A stretch of 64,000 nucleotides of DNA, taken from Octopus vulgaris (Eukaryota). Positions 1 to 14,699 of this stretch are shown piece after piece. The stretch covers positions 102,238,001-102,302,000 of the forward strand of contig OX597818.1 in assembly GCA_951406725.2 (NCBI GenBank), written 5' to 3'. The translations under genes and the position numbers were made by a program. Under the pieces are notes generated by a model, which made no database searches, was not told the origin of the DNA, and saw only the letters and a list, made by a program, of their open reading frames with translations. The stretch's first letter is position 1; every line of letters begins with the position of its first letter.

Positions 1-498
1 ATTCCAACGGAAAAGATAAATAACCTTGACATGTATATCGACATTTTTACAAGTTAACAAGATTTTGTTTCTCACTCTCTCCGTCTTTCTCTATTTTTCT
101 TTTTATCTTTACGTATGCATATGTGCATGTGTGTGAAATATAGTACTGTATTGACCAGACAACACCAGACCAGACGCTCGGATGTTGTTACACACCGCTG
201 GTCAGAATGCGCTTCATCGCATTTTGTAGATCCTGAATAATGTCACCCCACTGGCTAGGTTAGCTGGTCAACGTTTCCATGAACGAAAGCCCGTCTGTTG
301 GACGGGTTACCCATTTACTGGTGACTGGACAGGAGAAACCTTAAATGAATGTTTCGCCCAAGCACACACATACAAACGTTCTACTCTCACAACCGCGGTC
401 TAGGTTTCGGAATTTGAATATCCTGAGATCTAGACCACATATACATTATTTACATAATTTACAATTCACGGATATTTGTCCTCATCTTGTCTATTGTT

Positions 499-544
499 AA
501 CACAATATTTCGGTTGATATATCTTTCAGCATTCATCAGGTGTC
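499..544 (-). ncRNA. Minimal type-I hammerhead ribozyme (stem II degenerate)
   Basis: Minus strand: GACAC CTGATGA A TGCTG..CAACC GAAA TA TT GTGTT. Stem I GACAC/GTGTT; palindromic stem III AATATT. Confidence 0.6.
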
Positions 545-591
545 TTGGGGAAATTTCGAACCCGGGTATTTTTAGATGGTGTTGTTGTTGT

Positions 592-631
<40 letters not shown>

Positions 632-693
632 GCAGCAACAACAACAATAATAACATCGAAAAATAATTTAATTCAGGTTCCAAATTTCCCTAA

Positions 694-738
694 GACACCT
701 GATGAAGGTTGGAGTGTATATCAAACGAAAATTGTGTT
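694..738 (+). ncRNA. Minimal type-I hammerhead ribozyme (degenerate)
   Basis: GACAC CTGATGA A GGTTGG..TCAAAC GAAA ATT GTGTT; 1-nt loss in stem III. Confidence 0.55.
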
Positions 739-1590
739 AACAACAAACAAGATTAGGACAAATATCAGTCAAATGTAAATATTGTAAATAAAGTAAATAG
801 CGTACATAATTCCTCATCTCTTAAATATAGAACGTTATAACACACGTTTTTATCTCTCCCACTCTTTCGCTGTCTCTTCCTCCCACTCTCTCTCTGGGTG
901 TATGTGTATGTGTGTATGTGCGTGTGTGTGCTTGCATGCGCATGTGTGTGTTTGCGTGTGGTTCAATACCAGTAGAGCCTCATTTATTCCTAGAGAATAT
1001 CTTCATTTAATGTTTTGTGCTATTTTCTTTGGCTATTTATTGTACATATTTTCGATAAGATTTGAAGGGAAAAGTATCCGCCATTGCTTATTAACGCTCA
1101 GTAGTGAACGAGAAGCCAGCTATCTTTAAGAATAAAGGACGTTTTTTAAGGTTACATGTTTGGCTTCGATGCTGCTAAGAATCATTATAATAACAGGAGC
1201 TTCAACAAGGAAAAATTAACGAGGTAAGCTTAAATAGATATTGTCAGTTAGAAATATACATTGAATAAAAGAGATTACACGTACTGTTCACATAAATTTT
1301 CAGAATAATTTCAATAAAGCAAAAATCAAAACAACACTAAAGTAGAAACGAACAACAAACTTAGCAAATTCCAAGTTACTTGGAACCTCACATATTATAA
1401 ATCTACTAGTGGCAGTTCAATAAAACACAGAGCTTCTATATTCGAAAGAAGGTGCGTATAAGTCACATAAGTTTTGGGAATTATGCACGAGTTTAACATT
1501 AAGTCCTGGTTCCATATGATTGACACAATTCTCGAGATATGTAATACAACATAAATTGAAGGTAGTATGTTACTAGTAAAAGAAAATTAT

Positions 1591-2001
1591 AGGAGTGGCT
1601 GTGTGGTATGTAGCTTCCTTACCAACCACATCGTTCCGGGTTCAGTCCCACTGCGCGTCACTTCGGGCAAGTGTCTTCCATTACAGACTCGGACCGACCA
1701 AAACCTTGTGAATGAATTTGGTAGATGGAAACTGAAAGAATCCCGTCGTATATATGTATATATATATATGTATGTGTGTGTATATATATGTTTGTGTGTC
1801 TGTGTTTGTCCCCCCAACATCGCTTGACAACCGATGCTGGTGTATTTAGGTCCCCGTAACTTAACGGTTCTGCAAAATAGCTCGACAGAGTAAGTACTAG
1901 GCTTACAAAGAATAAGCCTTGGGGTAGATTTCCTCGACTAAAGGCGGTGCTCCAGTATGGCCACACTCAAATGACTGAAAAAAGTAAAAGAGTAAAAGAG
2001 T
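1591..2001 (+). mobile_element. tRNA-derived SINE family A (CORE-like), full length
   Basis: A box TGGCTGTGTGG, B box GGTTCAGTCCC, CORE-like GGGCAAGTGTCTT, internal TA/TG tract, (GTAAAAGA)n tail; about 9 copies in the window. Confidence 0.85.
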
Positions 2002-2659
2002 AGTATATTGGTGGAGTCGTGCCTCTGTGTTCAGAAACCCATGTCTTCACTACACGGTTTTGATTTAGATTCACGGAGCGTTAAATTATGCATATCTGCG
2101 CCTCAAACAAAGCCTCATGCCCGCAAGTATTCGCATTCTAAGGCCTGGAAGTGAGAGAACATAACAATACTGTGTGCGTGTCAGCGCGCGTGTGTTTTGT
2201 GTTCTGTGTGTGTGCATCTAAATGTACGTAAGACACTACAAGGTTTCCAGCTGTTATATTTATAATCAATGCATTCTACGTGTATACCTTTAAAATTCCA
2301 GTTCCTGGTGATATATGTACAATTATCATGAGTGTTAGTATTATTAATCTTCACAATGTAAACGTTGATGCAAAACATGGGCACTTGTAAAAATTCCATT
2401 ATATCAATATACATAGAACATGTTTTTGAAAAGAAACTACATTGAACATTTGAAGGCAACTTTTACTAAACCTAAGATAACACGAATCAGCTATGAATGA
2501 AGTTATATTTTGGGATTTAGTAAAATAAGTCATAGATTATTATTCATTTCAGTAAATTAAAATTCTACCGTGGATACGAACTGTAAGCTTCATAATGGAA
2601 TATACACCACCTCCTTTGCCCACCCACATGCACGAACGAGAACGTGGCTATCAAAGCTG

Positions 2660-2754
<95 letters not shown>

Positions 2755-2774
2755 CATATAGTATTTTTACCTCA

Positions 2775-2864
2775 GAATTAGTCCTGGGTCGATTTGCTCG
2801 ACTAAAGGCGGTGCTCTAGCATGGCCACAGCCGAATGACTGAAACAAGTAAAAGAGTAAAAGAG
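2775..2864 (+). mobile_element. SINE family A, 3' tail fragment
   Basis: GTCCTGGGTCGATTTGCTCGACTAAAGGCGGTGCTCTAGCATGGCC...GTAAAAGAG matches 1915-2001. Confidence 0.8.
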
Positions 2865-2879
2865 CAAATAGCAACAAAG

Positions 2880-3580
2880 TGCAAATATTTGTAAGGATGG
2901 ATACTAAGATGATTTAGGACAAGAGAGCAATCATTTATGTTGAACATTTGCGAAAAATATGTACTCCGATCTCTAGAAAATAGGGCAGCTTAAGGCCTTC
3001 CAATCTTACTACAAAATAAATATTGCAACAATGATATAGGTGAACCACAAAAAAGGCTCTAAACTCTAAGAGTTCCTTCCCTGAAGCAAAAATTGAGAGA
3101 AATGTAATAATTTAAAGGTAGAAAATTCTGGAGGCGATATTACCTAATCTCAGTATGAAGTTTTAAATAAAAGCTCGCAATGGACGACGTAGCGTAATAA
3201 CAAAATATCTTGCACCCCATCAATGGTGCTGATCTGGTCCTGAATTAGCATATGTTTCAAACGCCCATAGCTCATGAATGCTCTGATAAACTATTTATCA
3301 GAACTACGTATTGTGGATGACTTCAAAATAGAACTGGTATTTCTTCAAAATACGATACCAGATGAATCAAAGTCTGGACATGAAGTGCACGAGAGGGCAG
3401 AAGTGAAAAATTCCTTATACACCAATTAAACATGCAGAGTAAATACAGAAGCAGAATGCTGACATGAAAATCCCGCGTTGCAAGAGAAATCAAATAAATA
3501 ACAAAGTTGTGGAAATGCTACAAAATCACGACAGGGCCCCAGCATGACTACTACCACATAGCTGAAACATGTGAAAGAAA
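2880..3580 (+). pseudogene. Ancient degenerate CR1-group LINE 3' end
   Basis: Patchy translations (RL*TLRVPSL; KILEAILPNL; RNGRRSVI) echo the C-terminus of the 9.6-13 kb LINE. Ends in a CCAGCATGAC..GCTGAAAC tail motif. Confidence 0.4.
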
Positions 3581-3720
3581 ATACAGGAGATAATACATCT
3601 GTAATTACAGAAAAAAAAAAACGGAAAATAAATTGCTAATCGTTTCATTTTCTGTATGATATATGTTTGTGTATCAACCATGATAAAATAATATACCTAA
3701 AGTATAATTTAGGAAAATAG

Positions 3721-4018
3721 AGGTACATGGCCTAGTGATTAGATCAGCGTACTCGCGGTCGAGGGATCGCGGGTTCGAATCTCAGACCGGGCGATGTGTG
3801 TGCTTATGAGCGAAACACCTAAGCTCCACGCGGCTCCGGCAGAATGTAATGGCGAACTTCTGCTGACTCTTTCGCCACAACATTCTCTCACTCTTTCCTC
3901 CTGCATCTTGCAGCTAACCTGCGACGGACCGGCGTCGTGTCCAGGTGGGGAACCTATACGCACAGGAAACCGGTAAACCGGCCCTTATGAGCCAGGCACG
4001 GTCCGAGAAGGAACAAAC
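3721..4018 (+). mobile_element. tRNA-derived SINE family C (Meta-domain-like)
   Basis: A box TGGCCTAGTG, B box GGTTCGAATC, central CCTGCGACGGACCGGCGTCGTGTCCAGG..GGAAACCGG; related copies at 22.7, 38.7 and 46.0 kb. Confidence 0.8.
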
Positions 4019-4329
4019 TATATTATTTAGGAAAACAATTACAAAATACACAACAATAAAAAAAACAGAATACTTCTATGTTCATGTAATTTTTATGAGG
4101 GAAATAGATTCATAGAGAGTTACTATGAACGAAAGACAAACTTATATTTCGGAAACACTCAAAATAATATACAAATTAAAATTGATGCTGAAATCATCCT
4201 TACTGCAGAATATGTAAATGAAACTAATATATGTTGTTAGGATGTTACAGCAAATGTCTTGAATGACATTGTTTCTAAAACCACCTGTCCTTAAATTTAT
4301 GGAATGAAGTAGCATATATTTAGCAATTC

Positions 4330-4980
<651 letters not shown>

Positions 4981-5947
4981 AGTAATAACGTGCGTAAATA
5001 TTGTTAAAAGAAAACCTAACTTTACTTTACATCATTCAAAAAACTGTCATTTCCAGCCTGAAAATGTTGCTTATTTAAGCATACGTCACGTTTCTATAAA
5101 TCCGTATGACAAGAAAGTATATTTATAAAGCTTAATTCATATGAACATACAAATTACCAGTTTACTTCTTACATACCTAAGAGATTTAACTCTTCAAACG
5201 TCTTCTGTGAGGGAAATAATCTTATTTCCTAATTCATTTCCTGCATTCAGTTTTTAAACTACACAATGAAATTAAAATGAACCAGAAATATTCTATCCAA
5301 TTTCATACGAAGAACGATTTTTTATAATCCATATAAAATTGTTAGATATGTTATTGTCGTTCAAGTTTTCGTTATGATGAACATCCATAAGAATATGAAG
5401 GTGTACCGAGCGTAAATTCTGATTCTAGCTCTTACATAATGCAACCATATATACAGTACACACAACGGCCAACAAAAGATATATCATCCTACATAGCTTG
5501 TTTAATATTTCAGGAAAGCTTCTCTTGTCCAATCTATCCTAGACTATACCCCAAATGTTTATTACTATCTACAAATTATTCTCGTGTGATGGAAAACACT
5601 GATTATAGTGAAGACTAGTAAAGTTGATTATTATCAATGGATGCAAATGATATAGTTTATGATATGCAACGATAGCGTGTGTTTTGGTAAGTAGAGATTG
5701 TATCTGAAGGTGACTGCTCAGTAGCAGACGTATGCGATACTTAGCATGAGTTGCAGCAGGTAATCTGATGTTTCTTAAGAAAGACTTTTTATGGGTTTGC
5801 TCGGTAGTAGTGGGAATATATATATATATATATATACATTTAAAAAAAGTATAATGTGTGAAATTCGATTTAGTAGTTCTAAATTGAATTTTTTCCTTGT
5901 AAGTTAGGATTAATATTCCCTCAAATAATAATAATTATTATTATATA

Positions 5948-5993
<46 letters not shown>

Positions 5994-6003
5994 GTATGTA
6001 TAT

Positions 6004-6047
<44 letters not shown>

Positions 6048-6222
6048 TAAGAAAGTTTGTTTGGTAAAGCACGTGGGTGAATATATAAGAAAATAGTAAA
6101 GTGTGAAAAAACGACAGAAGGCTTAAATGTTAAAAAATATATATATTTGTGTCAAAATGTCTGGAGAATATTGGAAAATTTTGTTTTCCTTTCCTTAAAA
6201 TGACATAATTTTAAAATTTTTA

Positions 6223-6262
6223 AAGAAATTACCGGTTTCGCGTGTAGATTTTCAAATTTCTT
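6223..6262 (-). ncRNA. Hammerhead-like motif with U3-A8 core, in the inverted pLTR
   Basis: Reverse complement of 7390-7429 with one stem II substitution. Confidence 0.6.
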
Positions 6263-6321
6263 GTGACGTTATGTTTATATTGCATGGAATTATCGTTGTT
6301 TTTATTTGTTTTTATTAATAA

Positions 6322-7254
6322 AAAAGTAACCTTAAAATAGAAACAGACATTTTTTACAAAGCCACAGACGCCAAACAATACCTTCTTTTTAATTCATGCC
6401 ACCCAAGACACACTAAAACAAACATCCCCTTCAACCTTGCAAGAAGGATATGCACAATAGTGTCAGAACAAAATACCAGGAACTTTAGACTGCAAGAACT
6501 CAAAAACACCCTAATTGACAGACATTACCCAGCTCAACTCATAGAGGATGGGATCAGACGTGCAACAGAAATCAACATAGAAACTTTAAGAAAAGTTCAA
6601 CACAACAACACACCTTCCCCGAAAATACTACCTTACATATCTACATACAACCCCAGAAACAAAGAAGCCTTCACCATCATCACCCAGAATTTACCAATAC
6701 TTCATAAAAACCCAAAATTAAAGGAAATTCTAAACATACACCAAATCATTAAAAGCTACAAACAGCCTAAATCACTTAAAAAGATTCTCACAAAGGCAAA
6801 ATTGTCTTCTAAAATTACGGATGCAAAAGTAAAAAAATGTGGTAGATCGAACTGTGCAACATGTCCTAACCTATTGGAAGGATCAGAATTCTTCTTTAAA
6901 GAGGGACAGAAATTTAAGATCAAATCTAACTTTACTTGTGCCTCTGAAAACATAATTTATGTTATTAAATGCTCGGGCTGCCACCAAGACTACGTGAGTT
7001 CCACGGGACTATCACTCAGGCGCAGATGCACACTGCATCGACAACAGATTGCATTCCCAGAATATAGAATGATACCTTTTAGTGAGCACATTGAGAAATG
7101 CGCAAAGCAACTACTGCCACAATTTTTAATCTTCCCATTTTACCAATGTGCTTTCGGATCATCAACACAAATGAGACTGAACAAGGAAATATTCTTCATT
7201 GAAAAGTACAAACCCAGACTCAACCATCGGAACACACTGACACAGAGAAATTAA
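6322..7254 (+). CDS. PLE polyprotein C-terminal part: RT thumb, CxxxxCxxC knuckle and GIY-YIG endonuclease (5'-truncated, frame open)
   Basis: IETDIFYKATDAKQYLLFNSCHPRHTKTNIPFNLARRI; CGRSNCATC; FTCASENIIYVIKCSGCHQDYVSSTG..R...H; E..FI..Y.P.LN. Confidence 0.85.
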   Translation, partial: KSNLKIETDIFYKATDAKQYLLFNSCHPRHTKTNIPFNLARRICTIVSEQNTRNFRLQELKNTLIDRHYPAQLIEDGIRRATEINIETLRKVQHNNTPSPKILPYISTYNPRNKEAFTIITQNLPILHKNPKLKEILNIHQIIKSYKQPKSLKKILTKAKLSSKITDAKVKKCGRSNCATCPNLLEGSEFFFKEGQKFKIKSNFTCASENIIYVIKCSGCHQDYVSSTGLSLRRRCTLHRQQIAFPEYRMIPFSEHIEKCAKQLLPQFLIFPFYQCAFGSSTQMRLNKEIFFIEKYKPRLNHRNTLTQRN

Positions 7255-7389
7255 CAAGGAAATGGGAAAAAAATTTTTAAGCGATTATCTCCCCTACACC
7301 GGAAAAAATCACTCACTACCTCCCCTTATTTAGAAATCTCCTGGAAATAAAAACAACGATAATTCCATGCAATATAAACATAACGTCAC

Positions 7390-7429
7390 AAGAAATTTGA
7401 AAAGCTACACGCGAAACCGGTAATTTCTT
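7390..7429 (+). ncRNA. Minimal type-I hammerhead with UUGAAAA (U3-A8) core
   Basis: AAGAAAT TTGAAAA GC-TACAC-GC GAAA CCGG TA ATTTCTT. 7-bp stem I; palindromic stem III ACCGGT. Confidence 0.7.
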
Positions 7430-7564
7430 TAAAAATTTTAAAATTATGTCATTTTAAGGAAAGGAAAAAAAATTTTTCCAATATTCTCCAGACATTTTGA
7501 CACAAATATATATATTTTTTAACATTTAAGCCTTCTGTCGTTTTTTCACACTTTACTATTTTCT

Positions 7565-7599
<35 letters not shown>

Positions 7600-7617
7600 C
7601 TATATACATATACATAC

Positions 7618-9265
<1,648 letters not shown>

Positions 9266-9636
9266 TATATAAATATATAAAAGTAAATAAATGGTATAAC
9301 GAAGCACCGATATTTACTGGAAAATAGTGAACGTAATAAATACGACGCTAATGAATAGCTTCACTGCGTATGTACTAATAAAGTTGCGCGTGTGCAACAA
9401 ACATGAAAAAATTGTCTTACCTCTAGGAAGAACATCTGAAAAATGAAAAACCTAGATAACGGATAATGCATAATTTATGTATAATTTTACCCTCACGGTC
9501 TATCCTTTACTGGAAAGCAATACTCTCGTATTGCATTACTATTTTCATCATATATAAATATATATATATATTTTTGTCTCTGGTTTCAGCTCAGAGATGC
9601 GGTCATGCGGATGCACCGCCGTTTTGTGCTACACTG

Positions 9637-12550
9637 TTATTGCGAAGAACCTTGTCTAATATGTGGCACTTGGTGAAGAATGGAGTTTGATATAACTACT
9701 CTCATTTGCACCTCTTGCCGTGAGGTAGGTTCACCTGGGACTATCGACAGGAAGATGTCCAGCTTTGATTTAAAAACCGCTACATCTGCTTTGTGCAAGT
9801 TCCTCAGACTCTTTGGGAGAATATTAAAAAGCTGTGGGCCCTTGAAACCCAGGCTGTTGCAGAAGCTGGTCCTGAAGCGTGATGGCATTGCTGGGATCTT
9901 TGGCACTATACAGTGTCGTCCCGTTCTAGCATTGGTGTAGCTTACAATGACAAAATTTGGCACAATTTCTTCCAGGATCTTCCAGACATATATTACTCCA
10001 TACCTCTCCCGTCTTCTCTCCAGGGAGTAGAGTCTTAGCTGTTTCAAACTTTCCCAGTAGCTGAGCTGTTGCAAAGAGACGATCTTCTTTGTGAATCTTC
10101 TCTGGATTGCTTCAAGGTCCGCTGTTAATTTTACACTGGTGGGTGACCATAGCTGTGAGCAGTAATCCAGGCGGCTGAGGACGAATATCCATCATGGTTT
10201 CCTTATCTCTGGTTCTGAATGTTCTTAGGATCCACCCAGCCAGTCGTCTGCACTTTGTCGCCATCCTGGCAATGTGCACTTGGAAAGAGGTATCATCACT
10301 CATGTCGATACCCAGGTCCCTCACAGGCTCTGGGATTGAAATTCCCTGTGGACCGGTGTATCCTGTAAGTTTAATATTCAGTTTTGGATGCTGGTAGCGC
10401 AGGGCCTGGAATTTTTCAGCATTAAACTGCATATTATTATCCTCAGCCCATCTGTAGATTGAGTCCAACTCCTGCTGCAGGTGTGCAACATCGCTGGGGT
10501 TCTGTATTTTCTGCGAGACTTTCGTATCGTCTGCGTAGCTGGCCAGAGTGGCTATCCGGGCATTTGAGGGCATATCTGAGAGGGCCACTATAAAAAGCAG
10601 TGGTCCCAAGACAGTGCCCTGTGGAATACCCCTCACTATTTGTGTATTCATAGAGGTGGCTCCATTAACCACTACTGCCTGACTCCTATCTTTCAGGAAT
10701 GATCCACCTTGTCAAAAGCTTTGGCAAAATCATGGTAGATTACGTCCACATTTGATTTGTTGAGAAACTGCCTCAACACCAAGTCATAATGTTGTAAAAG
10801 CTGGGTCAGGCAGCTCCTACCTGGTCAAAACCAATGCTGGGTATCACTCAGCAAGTTATTTTCCTCAAGGAATGCGATTAGTTTCTTTCAGACTATCCGT
10901 TCCATGACTTTGCTGATGTGTGAAGTCAGAGAGATAGGCCTATAATTTTTGGCATCTACTCTACTTTCCCCTTTATGTATTGGGCATATTATTCCCTCCT
11001 TCAGCTTGCTTGGCAGTTTGCCATTCGCAAGAAAGCTCCTGAAGAGAATCTTGCGGGGTTTTGCCAGGGCATGCTTACTCGCTTTGAGGAGGATGGCTGG
11101 GAAACCATCTGGACCAGCAGCTGAGTTTGTGTCCACTTCATCTATGGCTAGTAGGACATCTTTTCGCTAATGTCAATACATTCTATTGTAACCGCCTCGC
11201 TGGTTATAGGTGAGGCGCAAAGAGGTCCACTGGTTCATTCACTTGTCTATGTTCCAACGGGGTGGTAAAGACACTTTTGAACTGGTCATTCAGCATCTCA
11301 CTTATCTTAGTTGGACTATCTGTGAGGGAGCCATCCTTTTGGAGGAGGGGTCCTATCTTGTAGTGCACTGAGGCTGTTTCTTTCCTGTAATGAAAGAAGG
11401 CCTTTGGGTTTGATTTAATATCTTTTATAACCCAGGCTTCTTTGTCTGCTTTCTCCTCCACATAGGATTGTTGCAACCTCTTTTCGATCTCCATCAGTGT
11501 TGTTTTTAGGCGGGACGTTTCGCTACTTATGGGATGTTGGTTGAGACGATTTGCAACCTTCGTCCGTCGTCTCATGAGGATCTTCCTCTCTCTTGGAATC
11601 TTGCTCCTATTTGTTTTGGCCTTGTGCTCTGAGACATATTTCTGGCATACGGCTTGCACAGAAGACATGAAAGATTCTAGTTTCATGTCAATGTCTGGTG
11701 TGGAGAGACATTCCGGCCAGTCCTCTCTGAGGATATCTTTTTGGATCGATTTCCAATCTGCTTTGTGGAAGTTCAGATTGGAGAGATTTCGGGGGCTTCC
11801 TTTAGGCTGTATGTCTCTGGTTACTTTTAGCCCAAACATAGACAGCTCTATTATGTTGTGATCCGAAACTGATGTCGGTGTCACTTTCACATCATGAACG
11901 ATGTCCATATTGTTCGTGAAGCAGAGATCCAGAATGTTATTCGCCCTAGTTGGCTTGAGTACAACTTGCTCCATGAATAAGGCATTGGTGAGGTTAAGCA
12001 GGGACTCCACCTGTACTTGCTTGCAATGATTCATTCCTGAGAGTATGTGACCTTCGGGCCTTTTGACGTTGGGGAAGTTGAAATCACCCATAAGAAATAT
12101 GGTCACGTGGTGTTCCAGATTCAAGAGGATTTCTTTAATTCTTGTGAGGCAAACTTCAAACTTGCCTGTGTGATTTGGGGCATGCGGTGGGCAATATGTA
12201 TTGCATATGACTATATTATGTTGTCTTATGTATACAATTATAGTGCCGTATACCGAATTTGAGTATGTCATTAAGACCTGGGGTGTGAGGTCATCTCAGA
12301 TATATACAGCAACTCCACCATGGTTCCTTTCCCTTCTGTCTGTTCGCAGTATGGCATAGTTTGGTATCTGTACTTCTGCGTCCTCTATATCAGGGTTGAG
12401 GTGAGTTTCTACAAGTGCTATGCATAGGACTTGATTGCATGCAGTAAGATCTCTCAGGAAAGAAATTTTGTTTCTATTTTGATGCAACAGGCCCCCAATA
12501 TTTAGTAAAAGTATTGGGGTGACGGCTGTGCAGGCGTTAGGGGGGGCCAT
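9637..12550 (-). pseudogene. LINE ORF2 (APE endonuclease + reverse transcriptase), disrupted
   Basis: NIGGL..LVETHL..RTDR..GGVAVYI; GDFNFP; PTRANNILDL; AAGPDG..NYRPISLTS; DFAKAFDKVDH followed by an internal deletion; GIPQGTVLGPLLF..YADDT; LSYWESLKQLRLYSLERRRERY. Several frameshifts and stops. Confidence 0.9.
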
Positions 12551-13041
12551 CCCGAGTCAGTTGACTGTGGTGGTCTTGCATAGTGGTTGGCAGGGTTCCT
12601 TCTCTGTGCTTGGTGTAGCCAGGTTAGCTGCCGGTCAATTATTTGAGCCATGCATAAAAAAGACTCTTCCTCAGCTGCTGCGTTGCGCAGAACATCTGAG
12701 GAGCGCGCTTCGTTTTTGAAAGTTTTCCTGGGAGACATTTTTTGTGTTCCCTCGGTAAAGTTTTTCTCTTTGAGTCCCCTGAAGTTCTGGCGGGGTGTCA
12801 GGTGGGCGAACCGGCAGATTTTGCCGTCCTCACCATGCCAACATTTGCCCCGCAGGTAGAATGTACAGGTTCTTCGGTGCCTTCCAGATTTCTTCTTTCC
12901 TGAAGTGTACTGGGTGGTATTGGATCCCCCATGGGTTTCTCTGCTGTTTGTGTGGTGGGTTGGGGTTTCAGCTTTGGTTGTTTTGCCTTTTCCTCCTTTT
13001 CCCTCCTTATTTTTGTTTTCGGTCCTTCCTTTTTTCTTCTG
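12502..13041 (-). pseudogene. LINE ORF1 remnant with a CCCH-type zinc finger
   Basis: Open frame [50 protein letters not shown]; overlaps the ORF2 ATG at 12550. Confidence 0.7.
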
Positions 13042-13059
13042 TTTATATATATATAAACA

Positions 13060-13154
<95 letters not shown>

Positions 13155-13699
13155 TAATATATATATATATATTAATATTAGGTCATGTATAGATTTGCTT
13201 TTTAGACAAAAGAAATATCTTAAAATTTTGGTTTTATGTTACGGTTAGAGTGATGAACCATGGTGTGGTGTTGTGGCTTGTTCATTTAGAGACGGTATTT
13301 TTAGATGCATTGAGTAATGTCACTCGACAATGTCTGCGCTTGAGGGTAGGATTCGTTCGTATGATATGAGAATTTGAATGAGAATAATTTTAAAGGTTAA
13401 GTTTTACTAATCTGTGAGGTGTGGTGAGTATGAAAGTAATGTGGTGATTATGCATGCGATATAAGTAGAAAGAAGAGAAAATCTAAGTTCAAGGAAGGGC
13501 GTTGAATTAAAGAAGTTAGAAATCCACTTCATCCTACTCAGTTTGATTTTTCTGTTAATTTCTGGTGAATGTTGCATCATGATCTGAACGTCTTCGATCC
13601 TGAAGTTATAAATATTCTAATTCAGAGCTACAATAACTTTTTCTAATTCAATGTCACGCCATTTGTTCCTAACTGCAGTTGTAGTTTGTACGATTTTAT

Positions 13700-14110
<411 letters not shown>

Positions 14111-14112
14111 GC

Positions 14113-14149
<37 letters not shown>

Positions 14150-14208
14150 TATGTGTCTGTGTGTGTGTAAGTAGCTTGCTTACCAACTACATTGTTATAT
14201 ATATATAT

Positions 14209-14283
<75 letters not shown>
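14209..14283. repeat. (ATAG)n microsatellite
   Basis: Directly visible; similar tracts at 24435-24550 and 30700-30780. Confidence 0.95.
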
Positions 14284-14284
<1 letters not shown>

Positions 14285-14699
14285 GGGATCGAGTGGGTTC
14301 TCATATATAGGTATGGAATTTTGTGTACGTTCGTAGTTTGTTATGCGAATATGTATTAAGCATACACCTATTGATACTTTTAAATATAATCTGTTGCTCG
14401 ATCTGTTATATATGTTATCATTAAACCCTGTTTTGCACTTTATTCCTTAAGGAAGGCTTTGTTTATACCAAAATTTCTGAAAACGGCCCCAGCGCCGCCT
14501 TGTGGGTGTGGACGCGATCCAGGTGCAAGCCGGTGCCTAAGTGAGTGATAGGGAGCTGTAAAGGAAAAGGACGCGTCGGGAGGAAGGGAGAGGCAGTTTT
14601 ATTTTTATTCCAACAGTACAATTATGAAAGCTTGTCTGATGTTCATCAACTTTTTGAAACTTTAGAGACACCAGTGGCTATTAAAAACAAAATTGCCAG

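Larger units (their letters stand above)
448..790. mobile_element. Head-to-head inverted pair of ~115-bp PLE-terminus (pLTR)-like units separated by a (TAA)n spacer
   Basis: 448-563 is the diverged reverse complement of 676-790. Each arm carries GACAC-CTGATGA...GAAA..TT-GTGTT. Confidence 0.75.
6046..7571 (+). mobile_element. 5'-truncated Penelope-like element (Neptune-type) with inverted 5' pLTR, flanked by (TA)n
   Basis: 6081-6307 is a near-perfect reverse complement of 7345-7571; an RT-thumb/GIY-YIG ORF lies between them. Confidence 0.9.
9572..13041 (-). mobile_element. Near-full-length CR1-group LINE, 5'-truncated within ORF1, both ends at TA-rich tracts
   Basis: ORF1 remnant, APE-RT ORF2 and a 3' stem-loop tail in the expected order. 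Confidence 0.9.
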
